Assembly: GCA_964513925.1 (NCBI GenBank)
Contig: CAZENR010000007.1
Span: 2,658 to 66,657, forward strand
Length of the DNA stretch: 64,000 nucleotides
DNA from: an uncultured Candidatus Peribacteria bacterium
GTDB lineage: Bacteria > Patescibacteriota > Gracilibacteria > Peribacterales > Peribacteraceae
Direction of reading: 5' to 3'
Part shown: piece after piece, positions 46,180 through 53,568 of the stretch
Numbering within the stretch: the stretch's first letter is position 1
Layout: every line of letters starts with the position of its first letter
Program-made: the position numbers and the translations under genes
Notes under the pieces: model-generated
The model's database searches: none
The model's input: only the letters and a program-made list of their open reading frames with translations
Told to the model about the DNA's origin: nothing

Positions 46180-48569
46180 TGCATCACTCGTGCGCAAAAG
46201 AAGCCGCATCCGTCGTGGGTGCGGTTTTTTGTTTGCTGCGCTATGCTCCTTTGGTGAAACTGCCCGCACTCCCCATCGTTGTTCTAGACACCGAGACAAC
46301 CGGTTTCGTGCCGCGCACGCACCGTGTCATTGAGTATGCCTGCGTCGCGCTGAGCGAAGGCAAGCCGGTTTCCGAGTATGAGCAGCTGCTCTCCATTCCA
46401 GCAGACATTCCGCCGCACGTGCAGGTTATTACGAATATTCGCAATGAAGATCTTGTAGGCAAGCCGGCGTTTGCCGACATTCACGCAAAGATCGCGGCCA
46501 TGGTCACCCCCGAGACCCTGGTGGTGGGGCAGAACGTCCGTTTCGACATCGGCATGCTGAAGGGCGAAGGTTGGGATCTTTCGGCACAACCATGGATCGA
46601 TACATCCATGCTGGCGTCACTCGTGTTCCCGGAGCTTGCCAGCTACTCGCTTGGCTACTTAAGCGAGGTGCTGAAACTCAATCACGAACCCAAACACCGT
46701 GCTCTTGGCGATGTACATGCCACCGTGGAACTGTTGGCGAAATGCTGGGAACGACTTTGCCAACTACCGGCGGCATCTCGTGCCCAACTGCAATCCATTG
46801 CCATGCGTTCGCCAGCCGGGTACCGCATGCTCTTTGCGGCACTTGAGGGTGAAGCCACAGGAAAGGCGAAGCCGACATGGCTGAAGCGCGGCATTACGCG
46901 CGATACGGCAACACGTCCGGCGGACGCCGTGCCTTCGGAGGCGGAAAAGGGCAGCGTGTGCTTGCTGGAAGAAGATCTCGACCCGCACTTTGTGTTGCGT
47001 TGCTTGCAACCAGCAAAAGGGAAGCGGCGCTGGGTTGCAGTCAAGAATTTGGAAGCATGGGTACGGCGCTTTGGCACTCCAAGCGGTTCTTGCGTGCTCT
47101 TTCCCCCGGAGCTGGTGCTGCGCCCCGATGCCGGCAAGCAATTCCTTGCACAGGAGACGTTCACGGAGGATGAGTGCACCCTGGCAATGAAACTGGAGCT
47201 ATACGCGCCTACCGTACGTGCGGATGTTCCAGTCCACGGCGATGAGCACGCAGTTTGGACCGGCAAATTGGCGTGCGCCCGCGGCGATGCGGCTTACATC
47301 GCCCAGGTACAAGCCGATGCGCAGACGGTCATTATCGATCATCAAGAGCTTCTGAAGCTGGCTCAAGACAGCTCTTTGTTGCTTGAGGGTGCCACCGAAG
47401 TCGTAATAGACGATGCTTCCATGCTGGAAGACACCGCCACCGCGGCGTACGGCTGGCATTGCGCCGTAGCGCCGCTACGAGCAGCGGCATCCGGCGATGC
47501 GCTGCTGACAAAATTCGTCGACTTGCTGGAGCTGTGGATAGAGAAGACGCGGGGCGGAACGGATGTGCGCTACGTAGTCGGGGCGGACATTGGCAGCCGC
47601 GAGGCCGAAGGATTGCGAGAGATCGTGCAGCAAGTGCTCAAATCCGCCTCTGCCCCTCGCGTACAACAGTACCTGGAGTCCGTTGCCGCGATTTTGGACC
47701 CCACGAATTTGGCGGGCCGCATTACGTGGATGGAAGTCTTCCAAGACGGCAGCCGACATTTGCGTTCGGTGCCCGAAGACATTGCTTCGGTGCTCAAGCA
47801 GCGGCTGTTCGATGCGTACCCTACATCGCTCATTGTGCCGCCAAAGTCGGCCCTGCTGCTCAAAAGCATTCTGCCGACAGGCATGAAGACGCGTGTCACG
47901 ACGCTTGCACTGCCGCCGCCCAGTGCGCCAAACATTCGCTTTCCGGAACCATCCGGGTTACAGCAAATCTTCGCCGGTACGCACACCGGCAAGACCGTGT
48001 TGCTGGTTGGAAGCAAGCGCATTATAGAAGATGTGTTCGTGCGGCACTCACTGCGATTGGAAAAAGAAGGCGTGACGCTCATCTGTCAGGGGTTCAACGG
48101 GGGACAGGGCCGCATGCAGGCGGAGTTCGCCGCCGCGGTAGGCCCCGCGATATTGGTGGTAACGCCTTGGACGTACGAAACCTTCGAGCTCCCGCCAAAT
48201 ACCGTCGACCGGTTACTGGTGCAAACGTTGCCCTTCGACCACCCTTCCCATGCCGTCGTCGGCCGTCGGTCGGAGCGATTCCGCGATCCGTTCAACGAGT
48301 ACTCTTTGCCGCGCGTGCTGCATCGCCTGTTTAGACTGCTGCGCACCTTCTGCAAGCACCGCACTACGGATGCGGCGGCGGAGTTCATAGATGAACGACT
48401 GCGTACCAAGGCTTACGGCAAAGTCATTCGTGCCATGCTGGAGCAGCTAAGCGCCACAGCCGGAGCACCGCTGCCGTCGGGGTTTGCGCGCACGACAGTG
48501 ACAGAAGCGCCCAAGCGCACCAAGACCGCCAAGAAAAAGCCGGAAAGCGGGCAGATGTCATTGCTGTAA
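46179..48569 (+). CDS. DnaQ-type 3'-5' exonuclease fused to a DinG-like helicase scaffold with degenerate ATPase motifs
   Basis: GTG start overlaps the nusA TAG (TAGTG). Exo I VVLDTETTG, Exo II GQNVRFDIGML, Exo III HRALGDVHAT. The downstream region is collinear with DinG (VVIDDASMLED where DEAH is expected; ILVVTPWTYETFELP...LLVQTLPFDHP where 'sFWEGvD...kLPF..P' is expected). No GxGKS/T Walker A is visible. Confidence 0.7.
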   Translation: MHHSCAKEAASVVGAVFCLLRYAPLVKLPALPIVVLDTETTGFVPRTHRVIEYACVALSEGKPVSEYEQLLSIPADIPPHVQVITNIRNEDLVGKPAFADIHAKIAAMVTPETLVVGQNVRFDIGMLKGEGWDLSAQPWIDTSMLASLVFPELASYSLGYLSEVLKLNHEPKHRALGDVHATVELLAKCWERLCQLPAASRAQLQSIAMRSPAGYRMLFAALEGEATGKAKPTWLKRGITRDTATRPADAVPSEAEKGSVCLLEEDLDPHFVLRCLQPAKGKRRWVAVKNLEAWVRRFGTPSGSCVLFPPELVLRPDAGKQFLAQETFTEDECTLAMKLELYAPTVRADVPVHGDEHAVWTGKLACARGDAAYIAQVQADAQTVIIDHQELLKLAQDSSLLLEGATEVVIDDASMLEDTATAAYGWHCAVAPLRAAASGDALLTKFVDLLELWIEKTRGGTDVRYVVGADIGSREAEGLREIVQQVLKSASAPRVQQYLESVAAILDPTNLAGRITWMEVFQDGSRHLRSVPEDIASVLKQRLFDAYPTSLIVPPKSALLLKSILPTGMKTRVTTLALPPPSAPNIRFPEPSGLQQIFAGTHTGKTVLLVGSKRIIEDVFVRHSLRLEKEGVTLICQGFNGGQGRMQAEFAAAVGPAILVVTPWTYETFELPPNTVDRLLVQTLPFDHPSHAVVGRRSERFRDPFNEYSLPRVLHRLFRLLRTFCKHRTTDAAAEFIDERLRTKAYGKVIRAMLEQLSATAGAPLPSGFARTTVTEAPKRTKTAKKKPESGQMSLL

Positions 48570-48570
48570 C

Positions 48571-48605
48571 AAAAGGATTCCAGGGACTCCGCGGAATCCT
48601 CTTTT
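48571..48605. terminator. Bidirectional terminator between convergent genes; member of the GGATTCC/GGAATCC hairpin family
   Basis: AAAAGGATTCC-agggactccgc-GGAATCCTCTTTT. Confidence 0.65.
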
Positions 48606-50058
48606 AATCTGCGCCTTTGCCAAACAGCACCACAAAGACCGTGCGCCACAGAATCCATACATCCAGGAACAGCGACCACTCTTCAATGTACTGCATGTCG
48701 TAACGCACTTCGTCCTCGAAGCGCAGGTTCGATCTGCCCGATACCTGAGCAAGTCCAGTCACGCCCGGACGCACCGCGAACACGCGTCGCTGGCTATCTC
48801 TGTATCGCTGCACTTCGTCCGGCAAGTGCGGTCGTGGCCCAACCAACGCAAGTTGTCCGGCCAAGACATTCAGCAGTTGTGGCAGCTCGTCTATGCTCCA
48901 GCGGCGCAGCAGGCGGCCAAACGGCGTGACTCGCGGGTCATTGTGCATTTTAAACAACGGGCCGTCGCTTCTGTGACTGAGTGCCGCGAGCGTGGCTTTT
49001 TGTGCATCCGCATCGCGGACCATGGTGCGAAATTTCAGTACGGGAATAAGCCGTTTCCCGTGCTGGCCCACGCGCCTGCTGACATAGAACACCGGAAAAC
49101 CGCTCGTAAGCACAATGCCGATTGCCACTATGACCATCAAGGGGCTGAGCAGCAGTAGCAATGCGGCGGAGCCGACGATGTCGGCAATGCGCTTCCATAC
49201 TCGGCCCCAGCCATCCAGTGGCGTCGGTTCGAACTTGAGCAGCGGCACCATGCCCAGTCTGTCCATGGAAAGTTGCTGCGGAGCATCGGCGAAGACCGGT
49301 GGCAAAAACGCGTAGCCAATGTGATGGCTTCGGCAGTAGTCGATAATATGCACGGTATCGTCGCTGCTGGGCGCCGGATCGGTGTGCAGCACCAAATCCA
49401 CATGTCGCTCATGCTCAAAACGGTGCACGCCCTCCATGTCCATGAGGTGACCCACATACCGAAAGCGCACGTCGCCGCGCAATGCTTCGCGAATGGCATC
49501 TGGTAGATCGCGGCCACCCAGCGATATTACCGTGCGTACTCCTATGCCGCGTCGCAGGCATGCGCGTTGCAAGAGCACCATGGATGCGCGGCATGCCACC
49601 GCAAACAGCGTCAGCAGCAGCGTTGCTTGCAGCAGCAGGGCGCGTGAGAAGAAGAGCTGCTTCTGCACCAAGAAGAACCATGCAATCACCAGCGTAAGCC
49701 ACAAGCCAGATGCCAGTACCGTTCGCCCAAGTTCGCGCCACGGTCCCAGCGTTACTCGCAACGTGTACAAGCGCAGGGCTGCCACTACGCCGATGTATAC
49801 GGCTGCCCATGGCAGCACGAATGTTTGAACGTAGTAGCGGAATTCCGGCAGGTTGGATGGCTGGGTAATAACCTGCAGTCCGGGCAGCAGATCGATATTC
49901 GCCTCGCGGAGGCGGTAGGCAAGCAGCAATGCAGCCAGTGTTGCCAGCGCATCGAGCGGCACGCGCAGGACGCCGAAGAGGATCTCGGAATACTTCACAG
50001 GGGGTGAGTATAGCGGAAGGATGCCAAAGAATCCCTGGAGTCCATGCATTCCCAACAT
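48604..50058 (-). CDS. wbaP: Undecaprenyl-phosphate sugar phosphotransferase (WbaP/EpsB-type initiating enzyme)
   Basis: C-terminal bacterial sugar transferase domain: KRIADIVGSAALLLLLSPLMV..., PLFKMHNDPRVTPFGRLLRRWSIDELPQLLNVLAGQLALVGPRP. Start uncertain: ATG 50058 lies 3 nt after the rnpB terminator; alternatives are ATG 50049 and GTG 49998. Confidence 0.88.
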   Translation of the reverse strand: MLGMHGLQGFFGILPLYSPPVKYSEILFGVLRVPLDALATLAALLLAYRLREANIDLLPGLQVITQPSNLPEFRYYVQTFVLPWAAVYIGVVAALRLYTLRVTLGPWRELGRTVLASGLWLTLVIAWFFLVQKQLFFSRALLLQATLLLTLFAVACRASMVLLQRACLRRGIGVRTVISLGGRDLPDAIREALRGDVRFRYVGHLMDMEGVHRFEHERHVDLVLHTDPAPSSDDTVHIIDYCRSHHIGYAFLPPVFADAPQQLSMDRLGMVPLLKFEPTPLDGWGRVWKRIADIVGSAALLLLLSPLMVIVAIGIVLTSGFPVFYVSRRVGQHGKRLIPVLKFRTMVRDADAQKATLAALSHRSDGPLFKMHNDPRVTPFGRLLRRWSIDELPQLLNVLAGQLALVGPRPHLPDEVQRYRDSQRRVFAVRPGVTGLAQVSGRSNLRFEDEVRYDMQYIEEWSLFLDVWILWRTVFVVLFGKGAD

Positions 50059-50060
50059 AC

Positions 50061-50087
50061 AAAAAACACCCGAATGGAATCGGATGT
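50061..50087 (-). terminator. rnpB terminator
   Basis: Minus strand CATCCGA-ttccat-TCGGGTG followed by TTTTTTGT. Confidence 0.6.
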
Positions 50088-50089
50088 CG

Positions 50090-50498
50090 TTTGTCCTGCT
50101 CTTCTATACGCCGGATTCTGTCTGTCCCGCTTTGGGCGGGAGAGGCGACCATCTCTCTAGGCCAATCATTGCTGAAGGGCTCAAGCGGAGGGGTAGCTGG
50201 CGCGACGGAACCATCGCGAATTCCTGCCACCCAATTCCTCCTTGCACCACCAAGAGTTTACCGATCCGCCTACTTTCGCAGGCGAGATGCCCCGTAGGGC
50301 CGTTTCACTCCCATCGTTTGGTCCCCGGAGACCGGAGATGTACGTGACGGGACTCGTCTCTGTGGCACTGGTCCTCACACGCGTTTTGGATATATCGCGC
50401 GTGGGTGGGCGTTACCCACATGGCGTTCCATTGGTGTCCGGACGTTCCTCTCGTCCCGCCGAAGCGGGGCCAGCGGTCGCCCAAAGAGCAGGACTCTC
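50090..50498 (-). ncRNA. rnpB: RNase P RNA (bacterial, type-A-like)
   Basis: Minus strand: P1 GTCCTGCTCTT (50494-50484) pairs with AAGAGCAGGAC (50103-50093). CR-I/P4 5' strand GAGAGGAACGTCCGGAC (compare GAGGAAAGUCCGGGC). GGGAGTGAAACGG (compare GGGUGAAAGGG). GGTAAACTCTTGGTGGTGCAAGG (compare GGUAAACUCCACCCGGAGCAAGG). CR-V ACAGAATCCGGCGTA (compare ACAGAACCCGGCUUA). The ORFs listed here are spurious. Confidence 0.85.
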
Positions 50499-50577
50499 AT
50501 TATCCTCCATTCTAAGCCAACCTTCAAGCTATCGATGGAGTTTTTTGCGAGAGCTTGTACACTGGTTCCCGGAATAA

Positions 50578-50653
50578 GCCGCCTTAGCTCAGCTGGTAGA
50601 GCAACGCACTTGTAATGCGTGGGTCATCGGTTCAAATCCGATAGGCGGCTCCA
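50578..50653 (+). tRNA. tRNA-Thr (anticodon UGU), CCA encoded
   Basis: Hand-folded: acceptor GCCGCCT/AGGCGGC, D arm GCTC-AGCTGGTA-GAGC, anticodon arm ACGCA-CTTGTAA-TGCGT, variable GGGTC, T arm ATCGG-TTCAAAT-CCGAT, discriminator T, CCA. Confidence 0.92.
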
Positions 50654-50674
50654 TATTTCTGTACACAAAAGACT

Positions 50675-50701
50675 GGGCCGGTAGATTGCTCCACCGGCCC
50701 C
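50675..50701. terminator. Hairpin terminator between tRNA-Thr and the islet gene
   Basis: GGGCCGGT-agattgctcc-ACCGGCCC. On the minus strand it is followed by AGTCTTTTGTG. Confidence 0.5.
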
Positions 50702-50766
50702 GGTTCAGTGATCCATCACTGACCTGCGTCTTTGGCTGCGGTTGTCACGTTATCGACTTGGACTGG

Positions 50767-51465
50767 TCACTTGGAGGTCTTCCAGGTGGTCAGCCCGAGC
50801 ACGATCCCCACCTTCGCAGTGGTGGTCGGCTGTGGCACAGCGGATATGAAGAATCCGCGGGTGCCCTCCGCGGTGTTCAGGTCGTCCTTGTAGCGCGGGC
50901 TGACGTAGAAGAGCGGTCCGCCGGCCGCCTTCTCGCCGTAGTTGCCCATGCTACTCCACATGTTGCGGACCTTGCCGTCCGCCGGCTCGTCGCCACCGTC
51001 GTCCTTGCCGGTGTAGACGTTGGCCCCGTAGTCGGTGTCCTTGTCCGTGGTCAGGGCCATCTGCTCGATCATGGGCGCAAGCTTCTTGAACATGATCGAC
51101 GCGTTGTCTCGGTCGGGTCGGTCGTAGCGCAGGACGAGCGCCGCGACCTTCTTGCCGCCGTTGTCGAACTCTTCCAACGACCACTGGATGCTGCCGCCCT
51201 TGCCGACCTGTGCCATGGCGGGGTACTTCTTCTCGCCGATGAACAGGTCGATGTCGATGCGGCCGGAGTCATCCGCCTTGATGGTGACCTTGTCGCCCGC
51301 CTTGGCTAGCTTCTTCATCACGTCGGTGGCGGGGGTCATCTTGGCGGGGGTGTCCTTGTCCTGTGCGGACGCGGACGGGGTTTGCGTGGTGGCCAAGATC
51401 GCGAGGATCAGGCCGAGGAACATGCCGGTGGAGACCGCCGGCGCGGTTCGCATGTATTGGTGCAT
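50767..51465 (-). CDS. Hypothetical secreted protein (islet gene 1)
   Basis: ATG 51465 (alternative 51453). Signal peptide MRTAPAVSTGMFLGLILAILATTQTPSASA. No motif recognised. Confidence 0.65.
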   Translation of the reverse strand: MHQYMRTAPAVSTGMFLGLILAILATTQTPSASAQDKDTPAKMTPATDVMKKLAKAGDKVTIKADDSGRIDIDLFIGEKKYPAMAQVGKGGSIQWSLEEFDNGGKKVAALVLRYDRPDRDNASIMFKKLAPMIEQMALTTDKDTDYGANVYTGKDDGGDEPADGKVRNMWSSMGNYGEKAAGGPLFYVSPRYKDDLNTAEGTRGFFISAVPQPTTTAKVGIVLGLTTWKTSK

Positions 51466-51554
51466 GCGTCACCTCCATTTCTTCTGTAACTAGGGTTTGT
51501 GAATTGCCAAGCGCGTGCATCGTGCAGCGCCAGGCGCGGTCTCTGTGCAGCCAA

Positions 51555-51695
51555 AGAACGTACTATAATTATATCACAGAAAATATAAGAAGTAATTGTC
51601 AATTATTTGAAATTTTCAAGAATAAAGCCATTATTTATTGGTATATTCAATGTAGACAAAAAATATTAAACATTTTAAAATAAACTTGCTGCGCG
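51555..51695. promoter_or_regulatory. Extremely AT-rich block with divergent extended -10 promoters
   Basis: About 140 bp at roughly 20% GC by eye. Minus-strand TGATATAAT (51568-51576) faces gene 1. Plus-strand TGGTATATT (51639-51647) faces gene 2. GC-rich palindromes flank it: GCGCGTGCA-tcg-TGCAGCGC (~51511-51530) and GCTGCG-cgt-CGCAGC (~51689-51703). Confidence 0.45.
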
Positions 51696-51768
51696 TCGCA
51701 GCATGCCTGCACGAAGCGGGCAGTTCGCCGCTCATTCACACACCGTTTTCACACGTAGAAAGGTTCCC

Positions 51769-52707
51769 ATGAACGCGATTCTGTTCCTGGCGCTGGCAAT
51801 GATGCCCAGCGCCCCCGCCGACGACGTGCGGGTTACGTACGTCGATCAAGGCTTCGCCTACCCCGCCACCACCGTCATTTCCTCGGCGGCGGACGGCAAG
51901 CAACTGACCACCAACGAGTGCCTCGGCTTCAAGAAGGACGCCGCGGCCCCGAGCTTCACGGTGAAGCCCGGGACGTTCCGCTTCCTCACCCGTCACTCTC
52001 GATTCGGCTTTCCACAGCCGGTCGAGTACGCCCTCAAGGACGACAAGGGCGTGCTGTTGTGGGAGTCGGGAGCGACCGTCGATGACAAGCAGGTGGCCCT
52101 GAAGGCCGGGCAGACGCTGGAGATTCGTATCCAGCGTCCCTTCGTGAGCTACAACTCTCACAAGGTGCGACTGAAGGACATCGACACGCCGGTCATGATC
52201 GTGGGGGCCAGGCCCTACTGGTTCTACTTCGCCCAGAAGGGAGAGTTTCCGTTGGATGCGCCCGAGGCGTACCCCAACGGTATTTTCTTCCTCGCGGACC
52301 CGAAGTGGGGCGTCAGCGGCGTGGCCAAGGAGCTGGCTTCCAAGGTGCACGCCGACCTCCAACAGGCCGACAATCAGACGTCCGACCACCGCGGCGGCTG
52401 CCACTGGTCTTTGCTCCACGGGGTCACTCCCGAGGGCAAAGTGCCGGAGGCGCTGCGCAAGGTGACCAAGGATGCGTGGGCCACGGCCATCGAAGAGGCC
52501 TTCGGGTCCATGCTGGAGCGCAACTGCTATCGGCCCTTCGACCAGCAGACCGTCCGGCAACTGAAGGCCATCGAGTTCCTGCCCAAGGACACGCCGGACC
52601 AGCAGATGATCGTCACCCTCGGGCAGGGGGTGGAGTACGGCCGCCTCTACCGCCAGCGCTGGCTCGATCAGCGCGAGGCGGAGAAGAAGGCCGTCGAGAA
52701 GAAGTAA
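51769..52707 (+). CDS. Hypothetical secreted protein (islet gene 2)
   Basis: Start trimmed to ATG 51769 (MNAILFLALAMMPSAPADD, a signal peptide). 312 aa. No motif recognised. Confidence 0.65.
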   Translation: MNAILFLALAMMPSAPADDVRVTYVDQGFAYPATTVISSAADGKQLTTNECLGFKKDAAAPSFTVKPGTFRFLTRHSRFGFPQPVEYALKDDKGVLLWESGATVDDKQVALKAGQTLEIRIQRPFVSYNSHKVRLKDIDTPVMIVGARPYWFYFAQKGEFPLDAPEAYPNGIFFLADPKWGVSGVAKELASKVHADLQQADNQTSDHRGGCHWSLLHGVTPEGKVPEALRKVTKDAWATAIEEAFGSMLERNCYRPFDQQTVRQLKAIEFLPKDTPDQQMIVTLGQGVEYGRLYRQRWLDQREAEKKAVEKK

Positions 52708-52745
52708 GCAACGTAGACGCGATTTGTGTGTGACGAGCGGTGATT

Positions 52746-52790
52746 GGGAGGTGGCACGATGCCGCCTCCCTTTCGCTGTGTCTTTTTTTC
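52746..52790 (+). terminator. Rho-independent terminator of islet gene 2
   Basis: GGGAGGTGGCA-cga-TGCCGCCTCCC followed by TTTCGCTGTGTCTTTTTTT. Confidence 0.65.
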
Positions 52791-52816
52791 TCAAAACCAG
52801 CGATACTTCCTTCGAG

Positions 52817-53551
52817 ATGAAAATCCTCCTGTACAACCTGGCATACTGCACCGGCGTGGACGGATCCACCCACAAGTATATTTCCCACGGGTTACGGCAC
52901 TTTGTGGGCTCGTTGCGTAGACGTAAGACGCACATCAACGACCTGCACACCATCATCGAGCGTGAGCAGCCCGATGTGTGCTGTTTTGTGGAAGTGGACT
53001 CCGACTCGCCGCTCATCGATCGCCTGCTGCATAAGTACAAGTACACCGATATTTCCAATAAGTACCGCGCGGGTAGCCTTTTCAGCAAAGCGCCTTTCTA
53101 CAAGAAGAAATCGCTGTGCATTCTTTCCAAATTCCCGTTCGGCGTGCAGCGGCACTACTTCACCCATGGGTTTAAGCGCCTGCTTACCGAGGCAAAGTTC
53201 CACAACGGCTTTTCATTGTTCTTAAGCCATAACTCGCTGCGTCCTTGGGTGCGTAAGCGCCAGTTCCACCTCATTTCGCTGCTGGCGGGAGACGGCCGCA
53301 AGAAGGTCATTACCTGCGGCGACTACAATATTCTCGCCGGCACTCACGAACTGGAGCCACTGCGCAAGCGTGGCATGAAGCTGGCAAACAACCCCACTGA
53401 CTTCACGTTCCCGGCGCACAGACCGCGCAAGACGCTGGATGTCTTTTTGTGCTCCGACGATATTCGCGTCAAACGCATTCGAGCCCTCAAGGATGTTCGC
53501 CTGTCGGATCATTTGCCCGTGGTGCTGGAAGTCGAAAGCGGACACGAGTAG
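52817..53551 (+). CDS. Endonuclease/exonuclease/phosphatase (EEP) family hydrolase
   Basis: Start trimmed to ATG 52817 (MKILLYNLAY...). VCCFVEVD, VITCGDYNIL, RLSDHLPVVLEV (SDH) are EEP catalytic blocks. First gene of the lipid operon. Confidence 0.7.
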   Translation: MKILLYNLAYCTGVDGSTHKYISHGLRHFVGSLRRRKTHINDLHTIIEREQPDVCCFVEVDSDSPLIDRLLHKYKYTDISNKYRAGSLFSKAPFYKKKSLCILSKFPFGVQRHYFTHGFKRLLTEAKFHNGFSLFLSHNSLRPWVRKRQFHLISLLAGDGRKKVITCGDYNILAGTHELEPLRKRGMKLANNPTDFTFPAHRPRKTLDVFLCSDDIRVKRIRALKDVRLSDHLPVVLEVESGHE

Positions 53552-53568
53552 GGGGTATACTTTAGCCT

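Larger units (their letters stand above)
50654..52800. other. Putative horizontally acquired islet (two divergent secreted-protein genes) abutting the tRNA-Thr 3' end
   Basis: Both genes look clearly GC-richer by eye (low-to-mid 60s % versus low-to-mid 50s for flanking genes), with near-exclusive AAG/GAC/GGC-type third positions and many long antisense ORFs. No integrase or att repeat was seen. Confidence 0.4.

Noticed and set aside
50022-50045. A fourth copy of the GGATTCC/GGACTCC element (minus strand GGACTCCAGGGATTC) at the wbaP 5' end, and look-alikes at ~58250 and ~58898 inside the kinase gene
   Set aside because: All three can be read as ordinary Gly-Leu/Phe-Gln-Gly codon strings in frame, so chance similarity through codon usage cannot be excluded.
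49415-50577. ORFs 49415..50230(-), 49929..50297(+), 50021..50347(+), 50181..50378(-) and 50242..50577(+), as possible protein genes between wbaP and tRNA-Thr
   Set aside because: The region is explained by the RNase P RNA on the minus strand (P1, P4 and other conserved blocks plus a terminator). The ORFs have no protein-like features, and some start at TTG.
50654-52800. Calling the GC-rich islet a mobile element or integrative island
   Set aside because: No integrase, transposase, inverted repeats or duplicated tRNA 3' segment could be found by eye. Only composition and tRNA adjacency support foreign origin, so it is reported as 'other' and not as a mobile element.
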